Positions 35,273 through 47,485 are shown, counted from the first letter of the stretch. The stretch: DNA of 64,000 nt from Trueperaceae bacterium (GCA_034521815.1 JAXHLW010000013.1:224001-288000); one strand, 5' to 3'. Program-made: numbers and translations. Notes: generated by a model from the sequence alone, not told the origin.

Positions 35273-36276
35273 ATGGACCTCGACGTGAGCGTTCCCTCCT
35301 GGGCCAGGCACGTGGTGTCGGACCTCACCGACATGCACCGGGCGCCCCGGCCGGTCGACGCTACGAAGGTCGCGCGCTTTCGGCTGGCGCTTCCGGACGA
35401 CGTCTACTTCGAGTACGGCTTCATGGACGAGGAGGGTCGACTGCGTGCCGATCCCGATGCAGAGGAGCGCGCCGACAACCCCTGGTACGACGAGGCGAGC
35501 TGCGTCCGTGGGCCTCGCTACCGCCCGCACCCGCTGGCGTCGCCGGATCCGGAGGCGGCTCGCGGCCGGACACGCAGGCTCCGCTTCGAGGACGCCAGCG
35601 GCACCCCCCGCCGGGCGACGGTGTACGAGCCCGCCGGCTTGTCGGGGCCGGCACCGTTGGTCCTGGTGCACGACGGCACCGCGTACCAGCGCATCGCGGC
35701 GCTTCCCGCCGTGCTCGAGGCGCAGGTCGCTGCTGGGCGTGTCCGTCCCGCTCGGCTGGCGTTCGTGGACCCGTCGAGGCCCGAGCGACGCGAGGACGAG
35801 TACGGCTTCGGCGCGGACTACCAGGCGTTCCTGCGCGACGTGGCGGTGCCGCGCCTCCGCGACGAAGCCCAAGCGGAGGGTGGCCTGCTGCTGATGGGCG
35901 CGTCGCTGGGCGGGCTGGCCTCGACGCAGCTGGCGCTGCACGATCCTTCCGCCGTGGCAGGCCTGGCGCTGCAGTCGCCGGCGTTCCTCGGTGCGCCCGA
36001 CGAGCGGACGTTCCACGGCACCGAGCGCTCCTGGCTGCTCGAGGCGCTGGCCGCGGACGATCGTGCCCTGCCGTGGCGGGTCTACCAGGAGGTCGGCTCG
36101 ATGGACTGGCTCCACGACGTGAACGCGGAGGCGGCCGAGCGGTTGGCCGAGCGCGTCGACGCGCACCGCTTCGAGGTCCGCCCCGCCGGCCACAACTGGA
36201 CGTTCTGGCGCGACGGGACCGCGCAGGCGCTCGAGCACATCCTGCCGCCCGTCGCGCCCGGCGGTACGATGCCGGC

Positions 36277-36280
<4 letters not shown>
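35273..36280 (+). CDS. Esterase (Fes-like alpha/beta hydrolase)
   Basis: GASLGG and GHNWTFW. Confidence 0.85.
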
Positions 36281-37665
<1,385 letters not shown>

Positions 37666-37733
37666 GGGGGCGCCCGCACGGCCTTGGCCGCCTTCGCGGG
37701 CTGGGCCTGCGCGAACTCGGGCACCGGTAGGGC

Positions 37734-38459
37734 TCAGCCGCCCTCGGCGGCCTCCTCCTCGGTCTCGTCGGCCCGCTCGTCGATGATCTCGGCGTCCTCG
37801 GGGAGGAACGTCACGCTGTCGGCCTCCAGGCCGGTGTCCAGCGCGAGGTCCTCGAACACCAGCTCGGCCAGCAGGTCGCCGTCGCGACCGAACAGCTCCA
37901 GGCGGTAGGGCAGCAGGGTCGACTCGGGGATCGTCACCGACACCCACGCGATCTGCGCGTTCTCCTCGACGTTGTCGAGCCGAACGATCGTCGCGGGTCC
38001 GTGCGGCGTCTCGGTCTCGCCGACGGTCGACGCCGCGTACCCCGCGAACAGGCGCTCCAGGTCGAACGTGACCTGGAGCTCCTCGTCGTCGCCGGCGCCG
38101 ATCAGGCCGCCCAGAGCGTCCGGATCGTCGGCGTCGAACAGCGTGACCTGATTGGTCAGGAACGTGTAGTTCGCGACCGTGTCGCCGTCGAGCACCACGA
38201 TGTTGTCCGCCAGGGCGTCGGGCTGCAGCACGTACGCGCTGGCCACGCGTCCTTCGGGGATCGCCTCGACCTCGAGCTCCAGCCGGATCTCCGTGCCGTC
38301 CCCGTCGATCAGCCGGCCGGTCAGCAGGAACGAGACGTCGCCGATCGCCTCGGCGGTCTCCGCGACCCGGTCCAGGAGGGCGTCGGCGTCCTGTTGCGCG
38401 AACGCGACGGAGGCGCTCGCGAGGAGAAGGAGGGCGGTGAACAGGGCAGGTCGAATCAT
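37734..38459 (-). CDS. LolA-like periplasmic protein
   Basis: Signal peptide; QPDALADN and NYTFLTNQV; F.PEDAE C-terminus. Confidence 0.65.
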   Translation of the reverse strand: MIRPALFTALLLLASASVAFAQQDADALLDRVAETAEAIGDVSFLLTGRLIDGDGTEIRLELEVEAIPEGRVASAYVLQPDALADNIVVLDGDTVANYTFLTNQVTLFDADDPDALGGLIGAGDDEELQVTFDLERLFAGYAASTVGETETPHGPATIVRLDNVEENAQIAWVSVTIPESTLLPYRLELFGRDGDLLAELVFEDLALDTGLEADSVTFLPEDAEIIDERADETEEEAAEGG

Positions 38460-38603
38460 GCGCACCAGCCTACCCCCGCCCCCGCAGGGGGGCGTGAGGG
38501 AAGGGTGAGGCGGGCGCGCGCCAGCGTGAACGCACGTTCAGACGGCCGTCACGAACGCGCCTAGGGGACCGTGCTACCTTCGCTGCACGAAAGGAGGTCG
38601 TTC

Positions 38604-39842
38604 ATGAAACGCATCCTCTCCATTCTCGCGGTCGTGGCCGTCCTTACATCCGTCGTCTCCGCGTTCGCCCAGGGCGTCCGCTTCGAGCCTCGCGCCATCG
38701 TCGTCAATCCTTCACCGTCGTTCGGGGTGACGGTGTTCCTCGACAAGTCGGGCGAGGTCCCGACCTACCGTGTCGGCGAAGAGATCCGCATCAGCGTCCG
38801 CGTCGACCGTGACGCGTTCGTCTACCTCTACAGCCTGCAGCCCGACGGCACGGTGACGCAGATCCTGCCCAACCGTTTCGACGACGAGCATTTCCTGAGG
38901 GCCGGTCAGACGAGGACGTATCCGCCCTCCGGTGCCGGCTACGTGTTCAACGTCGAGCCGCCCACCGGCCTGTCGAAGGTCGTGGCGGTGGCCAGCACCC
39001 GCGAGCTCCAGACCCGGGAGCTGGCCCGCTTCCAGTCCGGTCAGAGCTTCGCGACCAGCGACATCGGCGAGCGCGGCTTCCAGAGCGCGTTCCGGATCGT
39101 CGTGAACCCCGTGCCGCAGTCCGATTGGGTGACCGCCACGACGTACTACGACGTCAGCCGGAGCGGGAGCTCGCAGCCCACCAGGCCGGCGGAAGCGACG
39201 CTGGCGATCGACTCCGATCCCCAGGGCGCGAACGTCTACTTGGACGGCAGCCTCCTAGGCGCCACGCCGCTGCGCGCCACCGCCCAGCCTGGCAACCGCA
39301 GCCTGCGGATCGAGCGGGACGGCTACCGCACGTTCGAGACCACGCTGCGTCTGTCGCCGGGCGAGTCCCGACGCGTGAGCGCCGACCTGGAGCGCGTCCC
39401 GACCACCGGAACGGTGCGGTTCGAGTCGAACCCCGACGGCGCGGACGTGTTCGTGAACGGACGGTTCCAAGGAACCACGCCGATCGCCGCACAAGACTTC
39501 CAGCCCGGCACGTACGACGTGACGTTCGAGCGTTCCGGCTACACCCCCGAGCGGCGTAGCGTCACGGTCGAGCGGGGCCAGAGCCAGACGGTCAGTGTCC
39601 GTCTGAGCCCACGGCTCGGATCGCTTCGAGTGAACGCGAACGTCGGCGGTGCGCAGGTCTTCCTCGACGGCCGGGCCGTCGGAACGATCGCCAGCGGAAG
39701 CGGCGTCCTGAACGTCGAGGAGCTCGAGCCCGGCGATTACCAGCTCACGGTGGTCGCGCCCGGATACGAGACGTTCGTGTCCCGGGTCTCGGTCCGCGCC
39801 GGCGAGATGTCCGACGTTCGACTCCGTCAGTCGCCGCTCTGA
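38604..39842 (+). CDS. DUF4384 + PEGA domain secreted protein
   Basis: Signal peptide; YRVGEEI..YLY..ILPN; three PEGA-like repeats (SxPxGAxVxxxG); AAGGAGG RBS. Confidence 0.85.
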   Translation: MKRILSILAVVAVLTSVVSAFAQGVRFEPRAIVVNPSPSFGVTVFLDKSGEVPTYRVGEEIRISVRVDRDAFVYLYSLQPDGTVTQILPNRFDDEHFLRAGQTRTYPPSGAGYVFNVEPPTGLSKVVAVASTRELQTRELARFQSGQSFATSDIGERGFQSAFRIVVNPVPQSDWVTATTYYDVSRSGSSQPTRPAEATLAIDSDPQGANVYLDGSLLGATPLRATAQPGNRSLRIERDGYRTFETTLRLSPGESRRVSADLERVPTTGTVRFESNPDGADVFVNGRFQGTTPIAAQDFQPGTYDVTFERSGYTPERRSVTVERGQSQTVSVRLSPRLGSLRVNANVGGAQVFLDGRAVGTIASGSGVLNVEELEPGDYQLTVVAPGYETFVSRVSVRAGEMSDVRLRQSPL

Positions 39843-39886
39843 GCGACCGCGCTCCGAGCGACCGCGCTCTGACCCGCCCGCACGCC

Positions 39887-39922
39887 ACCGCGGAAGCGTC
39901 CGATCCCGGACGCTTCCGCGGT
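39887..39922 (+). terminator. Perfect 16-bp hairpin after the PEGA gene
   Basis: ACCGCGGAAGCGTCCG-ATCC-CGGACGCTTCCGCGGT; no U-tract. Confidence 0.55.
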
Positions 39923-39936
39923 ATGGTGTCGCCTAC

Positions 39937-40770
39937 GTGAAGGAAGCCGCTCCCGACGACACGACCGCGCCCGCGCCGGCCCCCGTCACCGCTTTGGTGC
40001 TGGCGGGCGGTGACGCGTCGGACGCCTTGGCGGCCGCCGTCGGGGCGCCGGCGAAGGCGTTGGTGCCGCTCAAGGGGCGTCCACTCGGGGCGTACGTGCT
40101 CGACGCGCTCCTCGGCGCCGCCTTGGTCCGGCGGATCGTCTGGGTCGGTGCGGCGGACGCCGAGATGCGCAGTCGCGTGGACCTCGTCGTTCCCGGCGGC
40201 CCTAGGCTGGCCGATTCGCTGGCGATCGGGCTGGGAGCCGTCGCGGCGGAGGTGCAAGGTGGCGAGCGACTGTTGCTGGTCAGCGCCGACATCCCTTGGC
40301 TCGGAGCCGACAACGTCGACCGGTTCGTGACCGAGGCCGGAACGGAGCACGATCTGGTCTATCCGGTCGTCTCGCGCGAGGCCTGCGAGGCGGAGTTCCC
40401 GTCGCTCGCCAGGACCTGGGTTCGGCTGGCGGGCGGTGACGTGACCGGCGGCAACGTGATGCTGGCGCGTCCCGAGACGCTCCGCGCGCTGCTTCCCTGG
40501 GTGGACCTCGCCACGCGCGACCGGAAAGCTCCCGTCCGCCTGGCCTGGCGGCTGGGTCCAGGCATGCTGATCGCCCTGCTCGCGGGGCGCGCCACGCTCC
40601 CGATGCTCGAAGCGCGCGTGGGACGACTGCTGGGAGCCGACGTGCGGGCGATCGCCAGCGACGACGCGACGCTGGGCAGCGACATCGATCGCATCGAGCA
40701 GCTTCCCGCCACCCTGCGCCTGTCCGATGGACGAGCCGCCGTCCAACGCGACGAGCCGAGGTCGGCGTGA
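39937..40770 (+). CDS. Nucleotidyltransferase (MobA-like NTP transferase)
   Basis: LVLAGG, KALVPL.GRP, SADIP and DID. Confidence 0.82.
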   Translation: MKEAAPDDTTAPAPAPVTALVLAGGDASDALAAAVGAPAKALVPLKGRPLGAYVLDALLGAALVRRIVWVGAADAEMRSRVDLVVPGGPRLADSLAIGLGAVAAEVQGGERLLLVSADIPWLGADNVDRFVTEAGTEHDLVYPVVSREACEAEFPSLARTWVRLAGGDVTGGNVMLARPETLRALLPWVDLATRDRKAPVRLAWRLGPGMLIALLAGRATLPMLEARVGRLLGADVRAIASDDATLGSDIDRIEQLPATLRLSDGRAAVQRDEPRSA

Positions 40771-41326
40771 GACGCCCGTCGCAGCTTCGGCTTGCCGCCC
40801 TTTTGGGGCCAGCGCCTCGATCGCGGCCGCGTTGCTGGCCGGCTACCTCGTGCACGTCCTGATCGACGGTGACGGGCGGCTCGGCTTCGGCACCTTCAAC
40901 GCCGCCGGCCTGCTCGAGGGGCTGGTGTTCGTGCTGGCGTTCTCGACCAGCCTCCGCTACGTCCGCAGCGCGCTCAGGCTGCCCAGTCCGACGCTGCTGT
41001 CGTTCGGACTGGTCGCTCCGCCGAACGCGGCCCGGGTGGCGCAGTCGGTTCCGCAGGTCGACGCGGCGCGTGGCCTGCACACCCTCATCGAGAACCGGAT
41101 CGTGATCGTGGAGGAGGACGGCGTCCCCGTCGGCGTGGCCGGCGTCAGGCGCGAGCGCATCACCTCGTGGGAGGAGCTGGTGAAGGTCGACGGCGGCGTC
41201 GCCGTCACCGACCTGCGCCGCGTGCTGGCCCACGAGCCGCTGGTGATCGTCACCGAAGGCGACCAGGTCCGTGGCATCGTCACGCAGGAGATGTACCTGG
41301 CCGGCTTGTGGGGCTCGGTGCGCTAG
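40767..41326 (+). CDS. Membrane protein with CBS-like C-terminus (probable frameshift near 40805)
   Basis: Two TMs, then VEEDGVPVG and VRGIVT; a GTG start overlapping the upstream stop is one base out of frame. Confidence 0.6.
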
Positions 41327-41344
41327 GCGCGAGGGCTCGCTGGT

Positions 41345-42217
41345 TCAGGCGCCGGGCGCCGCGATCAGCGCGGACTCGGGGTACGCGACGATCACGAGCG
41401 CGCCAGGACCCAGATGCGTCGCCAGCGCAGGTCCGAGGCGTTGGATCCGGCCTTCGCGCACATCGAGGCGCGACGTCTCGAGCGCCTGCACCAGCGCGCC
41501 TGCGTCGCTCAAGTCGTCACTGGCCACGCCGATCGCGACGCGAACGGGCTGCGGATCGTCGCGCGGCTCCAGCTCTCGAACGATCGCAGCGACCTTCCGC
41601 GTGACGCGCGCCGACGCCAGCGGCACGATCTCGCCCTCCCGCATCGTCAGCAGCGGCTCGACGGACAGCACGCCCGAGACGACTCCGCGCATCCAGCCGA
41701 TCCGGCCTCCGCCGCGCAGCCACGCCAGTCCCGCGGGCGCCAGGACCACCCGACTGGCGTCGCGGATCCGCTCGGCCGCCGCCACGACCTCGTGCGCCCC
41801 TCGACCGGCGGCGGCCGCCCGTGCCGCGGCAAGGACCTGCTCGGCCAGCGCAGGGCCGGCCGCACGCCCGTCGACCACGTGCACGCGGTCCCGCACCCCC
41901 GCTCGCTTCGCGCCCTCGAGCGCGTGCGTCATCGTCTCCGACAGCTTCGACGAGAGATGGATCGATACGACCTCGTCCGCTTCGGCCAGGGCGGCCGCGT
42001 ACACCTCGGCGAAATCCTCCGCGTCCGGGGGGCGCGTCCGCGGCCGGGGCCCGTCGCTACGCATGCGGCGGTACAGCTCGGTCGGCAACAGCTCGCGTCC
42101 GTCCCGGTACGTTTCCTCGCCGATCCGAACGCGCAGGGGGACGGCGACGACGTCGGCGGCAAGCAGGCTGGACGGAGGCAGGTCGCAGCTCGAATCGGTC
42201 ACGACACGGATCGTCAC
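41345..42217 (-). CDS. DegV family fatty-acid-binding protein
   Basis: VVTDSSCDL, IHLSSKLS, L..GGRIG and HLGPGA. Confidence 0.9.
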   Translation of the reverse strand: MTIRVVTDSSCDLPPSSLLAADVVAVPLRVRIGEETYRDGRELLPTELYRRMRSDGPRPRTRPPDAEDFAEVYAAALAEADEVVSIHLSSKLSETMTHALEGAKRAGVRDRVHVVDGRAAGPALAEQVLAAARAAAAGRGAHEVVAAAERIRDASRVVLAPAGLAWLRGGGRIGWMRGVVSGVLSVEPLLTMREGEIVPLASARVTRKVAAIVRELEPRDDPQPVRVAIGVASDDLSDAGALVQALETSRLDVREGRIQRLGPALATHLGPGALVIVAYPESALIAAPGA

Positions 42218-42267
42218 GCTCCCACGCTCGCGTCATCGCTATGACGAAATTCTTACAGCGGCCCGCG

Positions 42268-43266
42268 TCAGGAGCCGGCTCGGGCGGCCACGTCCAGGGG
42301 AAGGTACGGCGCCGCGTCGCGGGTCCAATCGGACGGCAGCGGTCCCCTTCGCCGCCGCGCCCGCGCTGCCAGCGCGATCATCGCCCCGTTGTCGGTCGCA
42401 AGCCCCTCCGGGGGCACGCGCACGTTCAGTCCGCTGGCCGCGAGCGCGTCGCGCAGGCGCAGGTTCGCGGCCACGCCGCCGACGACGGTCACGTTCCGGC
42501 ATCCCTCGTGCCGGGCGGCACGAACGAGGGTGCCCACCAGCGCCTCGACCACGGTCCGCTCGAACGACGCCGCCACGTCGGCGGGACGCGCGTCGGGCGT
42601 TCGCTCCAGCAGCACCGCCACGGCGGTCTTGAGCCCGCTGAACGAGAAGTCGAAGCCTTCCTGGCCACGAAGCGGCACGGTCAGCGGATAGGCGTCGGGA
42701 TCGCCGCCGAGCGCCAGCTCGGCCAGGGCCGGCCCTCCGGGGAAGGGAAGGCCGAGCAGCCTCGCGACCTTGTCGAACGCCTCGCCCGCCGCGTCGTCCC
42801 GGCTGCGGCCCAGCTCGGTGGGAACGCCGTCGGCGTCGACGCCGAACAGGCTCGTGTGGCCACCCGACGCCACCAGGCAGAGGTGGCGCTCGCCCTCCAT
42901 GTCGGCGGACGCGAGGTGGCCTTCGAGGTGGTGGACCGGCACGAACGGCACGCCTCGTGCCCAAGCGAGCGTCTTGCCCCAGGTGAGGCCGACCAGCAGG
43001 GCCCCGACGAGGCCCGGTCCGTAGGTGGCCGCGACCAGGTCGACGTCGTGCAGCGTGGCGCCCGCGTCCTCGAGCGCTCGCGCCGCCACGGCGTCGATCA
43101 CCGCGAGATGCTCGCGGCTGGCGCGCTCGGGCACCACGCCACCGAACGGCGCGTGAACCGCGGTCTGCGAGGCGACGACGTTGGCGCGCACGACACCGGA
43201 TTCGATGTCGACGAGGCCGATGCCGGTGTCGTCGCAGGAGGTGTCCACGCCCATGATCAGGGGCAC
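42268..43266 (-). CDS. tsaD: tRNA threonylcarbamoyltransferase
   Basis: TSCDDT, GGVVPE, HHLEGH, SGGHT, DDAAGEAFDK, FSFSGLKT and DNGAMIA. Confidence 0.96.
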   Translation of the reverse strand: MPLIMGVDTSCDDTGIGLVDIESGVVRANVVASQTAVHAPFGGVVPERASREHLAVIDAVAARALEDAGATLHDVDLVAATYGPGLVGALLVGLTWGKTLAWARGVPFVPVHHLEGHLASADMEGERHLCLVASGGHTSLFGVDADGVPTELGRSRDDAAGEAFDKVARLLGLPFPGGPALAELALGGDPDAYPLTVPLRGQEGFDFSFSGLKTAVAVLLERTPDARPADVAASFERTVVEALVGTLVRAARHEGCRNVTVVGGVAANLRLRDALAASGLNVRVPPEGLATDNGAMIALAARARRRRGPLPSDWTRDAAPYLPLDVAARAGS

Positions 43267-43307
43267 GGGAGGGACGCTACCACGTCGGCGTCGGGTATCC
43301 TCCCGCC

Positions 43308-44485
43308 GTGCGCCACCGAGGCTCCGACCGTCCCGGCGACGACGTCGTCCCGGCTCCGACCGACCTGGCGACGATCGTTTCGGCTACGACCGTGCCGACG
43401 TCGCCGGCGTGTCCTTCTCGTGGCGCGCCGGCTGTCGTGGACACCCGGCGCCGCCGGCCGGCTGGACCGCCCTGGTCGAGACGGCCCGCTCGCTCCGCGG
43501 CGACGTCCTGGACGCGTCGGCCTGCCTGGGCGTGCCGGCGCGTGCCGCGACGGCGGCGGACGTGGTCGTCCTGGAGCCGTCGGCGCTGGGCCTCTCCGCC
43601 CTCCGGCACGACCTCGCGGCTGCGGCAGCGGACGTGGATGCGCGCCTGCGGGTCTCGGCGGGCCTTCCGTGGGACGCTCCGCGAGGATCGTTCGATCACG
43701 TGCTGCTGGCCCCGCCCGCGGAACGGGGCTCGCACCGGGTGCGGAGCGAGATCCACGCCGCGGCCGCCGCGCTTCGGCCTGGCGGGACGGCGTGGATCCT
43801 GCTCGAGAAGGACCGCGGCGCCAAGCGGTACGAGCGCGAGGCTCGCGCGTCGTTCGGGGAGGTGCAGGTCGTCGACCGCCGCAAGGGCTGGCGGCTTTCG
43901 CGGGCGACGCAGCCCCGGTCCGACGTTCGGCCCCAGCCGTGGTCGACGTTCGAGACGCCCCACGGCGAGGCGGCGGCGCTGGCGGGCTGCTTCGCGGCCG
44001 GCAAGCTCGATCCGGGCAGCGCGCTGCTGCTGGAGCGCATGGATGCAGGCGGCGCCGTGGTCGGCGGCGCCACCGTGCTGGACCTGGGCTGCGGCTGGGG
44101 GCCGCTGGCCAGGCACGCCGCGCGCCGCGGCGCGCGGGTGACGGCCGTGGACGACGACCTGGCCGCCGTCCGGAGCTGCGTGCAGAACGTGCCGGACGCG
44201 CGGGTGGTGCACGGCGACCTGGACGACCCCCTGGACCGGGACGAGAGGTTCGAGCGGGTGATCCTCAACCCGCCGTTCCACGTCGGCAGCGGCGTCCGGC
44301 TGGGACTCGGACGGGCGTTCCTCGACGCTGCGCGCCGGCGCGTGTCGCCGGGTGGCGAGATCTGGCTCGTCGCGAACGACGCCCTGCCGTACGAGGCGAC
44401 GTTCTCGTCGCGCGAGACGGTCGACGTGCTCGCGCGGGCGGGCGGCTTCAAGGTTCTCCGGGCTCGTCCTCCCAACGTCCGGTGA
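43308..44485 (+). CDS. RsmC-like class I SAM methyltransferase (start uncertain, possible frameshift near 43343)
   Basis: F..GKLDPGS, LDLGCGWG, NPPFH and LVAN motifs in the frame ending at 44485. Confidence 0.8.
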
Positions 44486-45356
44486 CCCGGGGGCCCCGCC
44501 CGATCGGCGGCTCGAGCACTCGGCCGTCCGAGCCGGCGTAGCGCTCCAGGATCTCCAGGCAGGCCGTCACGCGAGCGGCGGAGCAGACCACGCCCAGCGT
44601 GGGCCCTGCGCCGGAAAGGTAGGCGGCCCAGGCGCCCGCGGCGCGCAGCTCGCGCTGCGCCTCGGCGAACCCGGGCAGCAGGTGGTGCCGGTACGGTTCG
44701 TGGGTCACGTCGGCGGACGCGAACCGAAGCAGCTCCGGCTCGTCACGGAGGACCGCCAGCGGCCAGAACGAGACGCGGCTGGCCGTGGCGACCGCCTCGG
44801 CGCGCGGGATGTGGGGCGGCAAGACCGCGCGTGCGTCCTCGGTCCGGACCTCGAACGCCGGCACGCCGAACAGCAGCCGCCACGACGGCGGCCACGGCAG
44901 CACCCGCGTCATCCAGCGGGCGTCGTCGCGCGCGCTCACCGTGAGACCGCCGAACAGCGCGGGGGCGACGTTGTCGGGGTGGCCCTCCAGATCGGCGGTC
45001 AGCTGGTACACGCCGTCCAAGCCCAGCTCGCCGCCGCAGACGGCGTCGCCCAGCAAGGCGCCCGCGACCAGCGCGGCGGACGACGATCCCAGCCCACGCG
45101 CCAGCGGAATCGGATTGTCCGCTTCCAGCAGAGCCGTCGGCGCCGTCCGGCCGGTGGCCTGGACGGCGGCACGGAAGCCGCGGTGGACGAGGTTGTCGGG
45201 ACCGGCGTCGACGGTCCCGTCGCCGCGGTAGACGAATCGGTCGCGCGTCGCTGGCGTCGCCCGCACCACCAGCTCCAGGCCGATCGAAAGCCCCAGGCAG
45301 TCGAAGCCGGGGCCCAGGTTGGCGCTACTGGCGGGAACGGTCACCTCGAGCGGCAC
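44448..45356 (-). CDS. thrB: Homoserine kinase
   Basis: PASSANLGPGFD, PLARGLGSS, EGHPDN and LSGAGPT. Confidence 0.95.
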   Translation of the reverse strand: MPLEVTVPASSANLGPGFDCLGLSIGLELVVRATPATRDRFVYRGDGTVDAGPDNLVHRGFRAAVQATGRTAPTALLEADNPIPLARGLGSSSAALVAGALLGDAVCGGELGLDGVYQLTADLEGHPDNVAPALFGGLTVSARDDARWMTRVLPWPPSWRLLFGVPAFEVRTEDARAVLPPHIPRAEAVATASRVSFWPLAVLRDEPELLRFASADVTHEPYRHHLLPGFAEAQRELRAAGAWAAYLSGAGPTLGVVCSAARVTACLEILERYAGSDGRVLEPPIGRGPRVTGRWEDEPGEP

Positions 45357-45365
45357 GCGCGGAGG

Positions 45366-46856
45366 CTACCACGCACCGCCGAGCGCCTTGCGAGCGCCAG
45401 GAATCGCGTCGGCGAGGTCGCTCGCGAGCAGGGCGGCGCCGTGCCGGCGGGCCGCGCGCTCGCCCGCGCGCGCGTGCAGATGGACGGCCGCGGCGACCCG
45501 GGCCAGCGCGTCGTCGTGAGGCGACGCCAACGCCGCTCCGAGCAGCCCTGCGAGAACGTCGCCGGTACCGCCCGACGCCATGCCGGGATGGCCGGCGGCG
45601 ACGATGCGGACCCGGCCGTCGGGATCCGCGAGCACCGCGCCGGCGGACTTCAGGACGACGCCCGAGCTCCACGCCTCCGCGAGACGTCGCGCGCTCCCGA
45701 TCGGGTCGGCGTGGACCTCGTCCGAGCCGGTCCGCAGCAGCCTGGCCGCCTCGCCGTGGTGCGGGGTCAGCCACCTCCCCGGACGTCGCGAGCTCGACTC
45801 GCGAAGCTCCTCGTCCAGCGCGCTGGCGTCCAGCACGGTCGGTGCGTCGCCGTGCTCGAGCGCGTACACGAGCTCGGGAATCCGGCTCTCGTCCAGACCG
45901 GGACCGAACACCCGCGCGGCGGCGTGCCGCGGGTCGGTCGCGGCGAGCGCGCGGGACAGCGCTCCCACCCCTTCGCCCAGGACCAGCGCGATCGTCTCGG
46001 GCCAACGACCCGGATGGACGGCGTCGGTCAGGAGGGTCACCAGCCCGGCACCGCCGCGGTGCGCACCGCGACACGCCAGCTCTGCGGCACCCGACCAGCG
46101 GGCCGACCCGGCGGCGATCAGGACGGTCCCCGCGTCGTACTTGTGGGCGGCGGGATCGTGCGCCGGCCAGGCGCGGGCGGCGGCGGCGTCGTCGATCAGC
46201 TCGGGTCGCTCGCGCTCGGGCAGCGCGCCCGCGGGCATGCCGATGTCGGCGACGGTCCACGACCCGAACGCGAACCGGGCGGGGGAAAGCACGGAGGCGT
46301 GACAGGCGTACGCGAGCTGCACGGTCCTGTCGGCCCGGACGTGCCGTCCGGGCGGAACGGCTCTGTCGGCGTCCACGCCGCTGGGCACGTCGACCGCGAG
46401 CACCGGACCGGTCCATTCGGTCAGGCGCGCGACGACCCGCTCGGGGTCGCCCTCCAGAGGCCGGTCCAGACCGGTCCCGAACAGCGCGTCGACCACGACG
46501 TCCGCGTCGCGCAGCGCGCTCGCGAGCGTGTCCTCGTCCAGGGTGCCGATGTCCGCGACGTCGCGCCAGGCGAGGCGTGCCCCCTCGGCCGCGTCGCCAC
46601 GCGAGCCGTCCGGGCGGAGCGCCAGCACGACGGGCCGCAGACCGCCGCTCGCGAGGTGGCGTGCCGCGACGTACCCGTCTCCGCCGTTGTTCCCCGCGCC
46701 GCACAGCACCAGCGGGCGCTTGGCGCGGGGCCAGCCGCTCCGGACGGCGGCCGCGACCGATCGTCCGGCGGCTTCCATCAGGCGCGAGGGTGGCGCGCCC
46801 AGCCCGGCGGCGGCCTCGTCGGCCGCCTTGACGTCAGCTGCGGAGACGAGGCGCAT
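45366..46856 (-). CDS. nnr: Bifunctional NAD(P)H-hydrate epimerase/dehydratase
   Basis: GNNGGDG, DALFGTG, DVPSG, TPHHGE and GGTGDVLAG. Confidence 0.92.
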   Translation of the reverse strand: MRLVSAADVKAADEAAAGLGAPPSRLMEAAGRSVAAAVRSGWPRAKRPLVLCGAGNNGGDGYVAARHLASGGLRPVVLALRPDGSRGDAAEGARLAWRDVADIGTLDEDTLASALRDADVVVDALFGTGLDRPLEGDPERVVARLTEWTGPVLAVDVPSGVDADRAVPPGRHVRADRTVQLAYACHASVLSPARFAFGSWTVADIGMPAGALPERERPELIDDAAAARAWPAHDPAAHKYDAGTVLIAAGSARWSGAAELACRGAHRGGAGLVTLLTDAVHPGRWPETIALVLGEGVGALSRALAATDPRHAAARVFGPGLDESRIPELVYALEHGDAPTVLDASALDEELRESSSRRPGRWLTPHHGEAARLLRTGSDEVHADPIGSARRLAEAWSSGVVLKSAGAVLADPDGRVRIVAAGHPGMASGGTGDVLAGLLGAALASPHDDALARVAAAVHLHARAGERAARRHGAALLASDLADAIPGARKALGGAW

Positions 46857-47007
46857 GGCCCGAGTCTACTACCCGGTCCGTGCCGCGGGCGGCCACGCCT
46901 GGCGCGCGTCCGTCGCGATGCGGACCTTCGTCCCTTGCGCCCCGGGGGCCGGGTGCACGATCATGGACTACGGCCCCACCCGCCGGGTCGCACGCGAGGA
47001 GGCCGCG

Positions 47008-47394
47008 ATGCGGATCAACCTGACCCCAAGACGACCCGCCGAGCGTGTGCGTGCCGGTCTCGACGCCTGTCGCGTCGAGGTGCTGCGCGACATCGCGCGC
47101 GATCCACCAGGACGATTCGATCCGCGGGCGGCCCGGGCCCGTGCCCGCGTCTACGAGCGGGTGCGGATCGACCTGGACCGATTCGGGCTCGAGATCGCGA
47201 TAGCCCGCGCTGCCGCCGCCTACCGGCACGTGCCCCTCGTACCCCCACGCCTGCTTGGACGTCATCCAGCGGCCCGTGGTCGCGGCGAGGCGTTCGAGAA
47301 GGTGTTCGATGCCGCCGGCGTCGATCCGACCCAGGTCGAGCGCATCCGTCGCTTGCGGCCCCGGTTCGTCGACGACCCTCAGGCCGCGTCCTGA
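47008..47394 (+). CDS. Hypothetical protein (128 aa)
   Basis: GAGGAGG RBS before ATG; fills the intergenic gap. Confidence 0.6.
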   Translation: MRINLTPRRPAERVRAGLDACRVEVLRDIARDPPGRFDPRAARARARVYERVRIDLDRFGLEIAIARAAAAYRHVPLVPPRLLGRHPAARGRGEAFEKVFDAAGVDPTQVERIRRLRPRFVDDPQAAS

Positions 47395-47485
47395 CCGGTC
47401 ACCGGCGAGCCGTGGCCCCTGCGTCGTGATCCGTGAATCGTGAGCTGCCGGCCCGTGGCGAGCACGGGCCGGCAGCGGCCGACGA

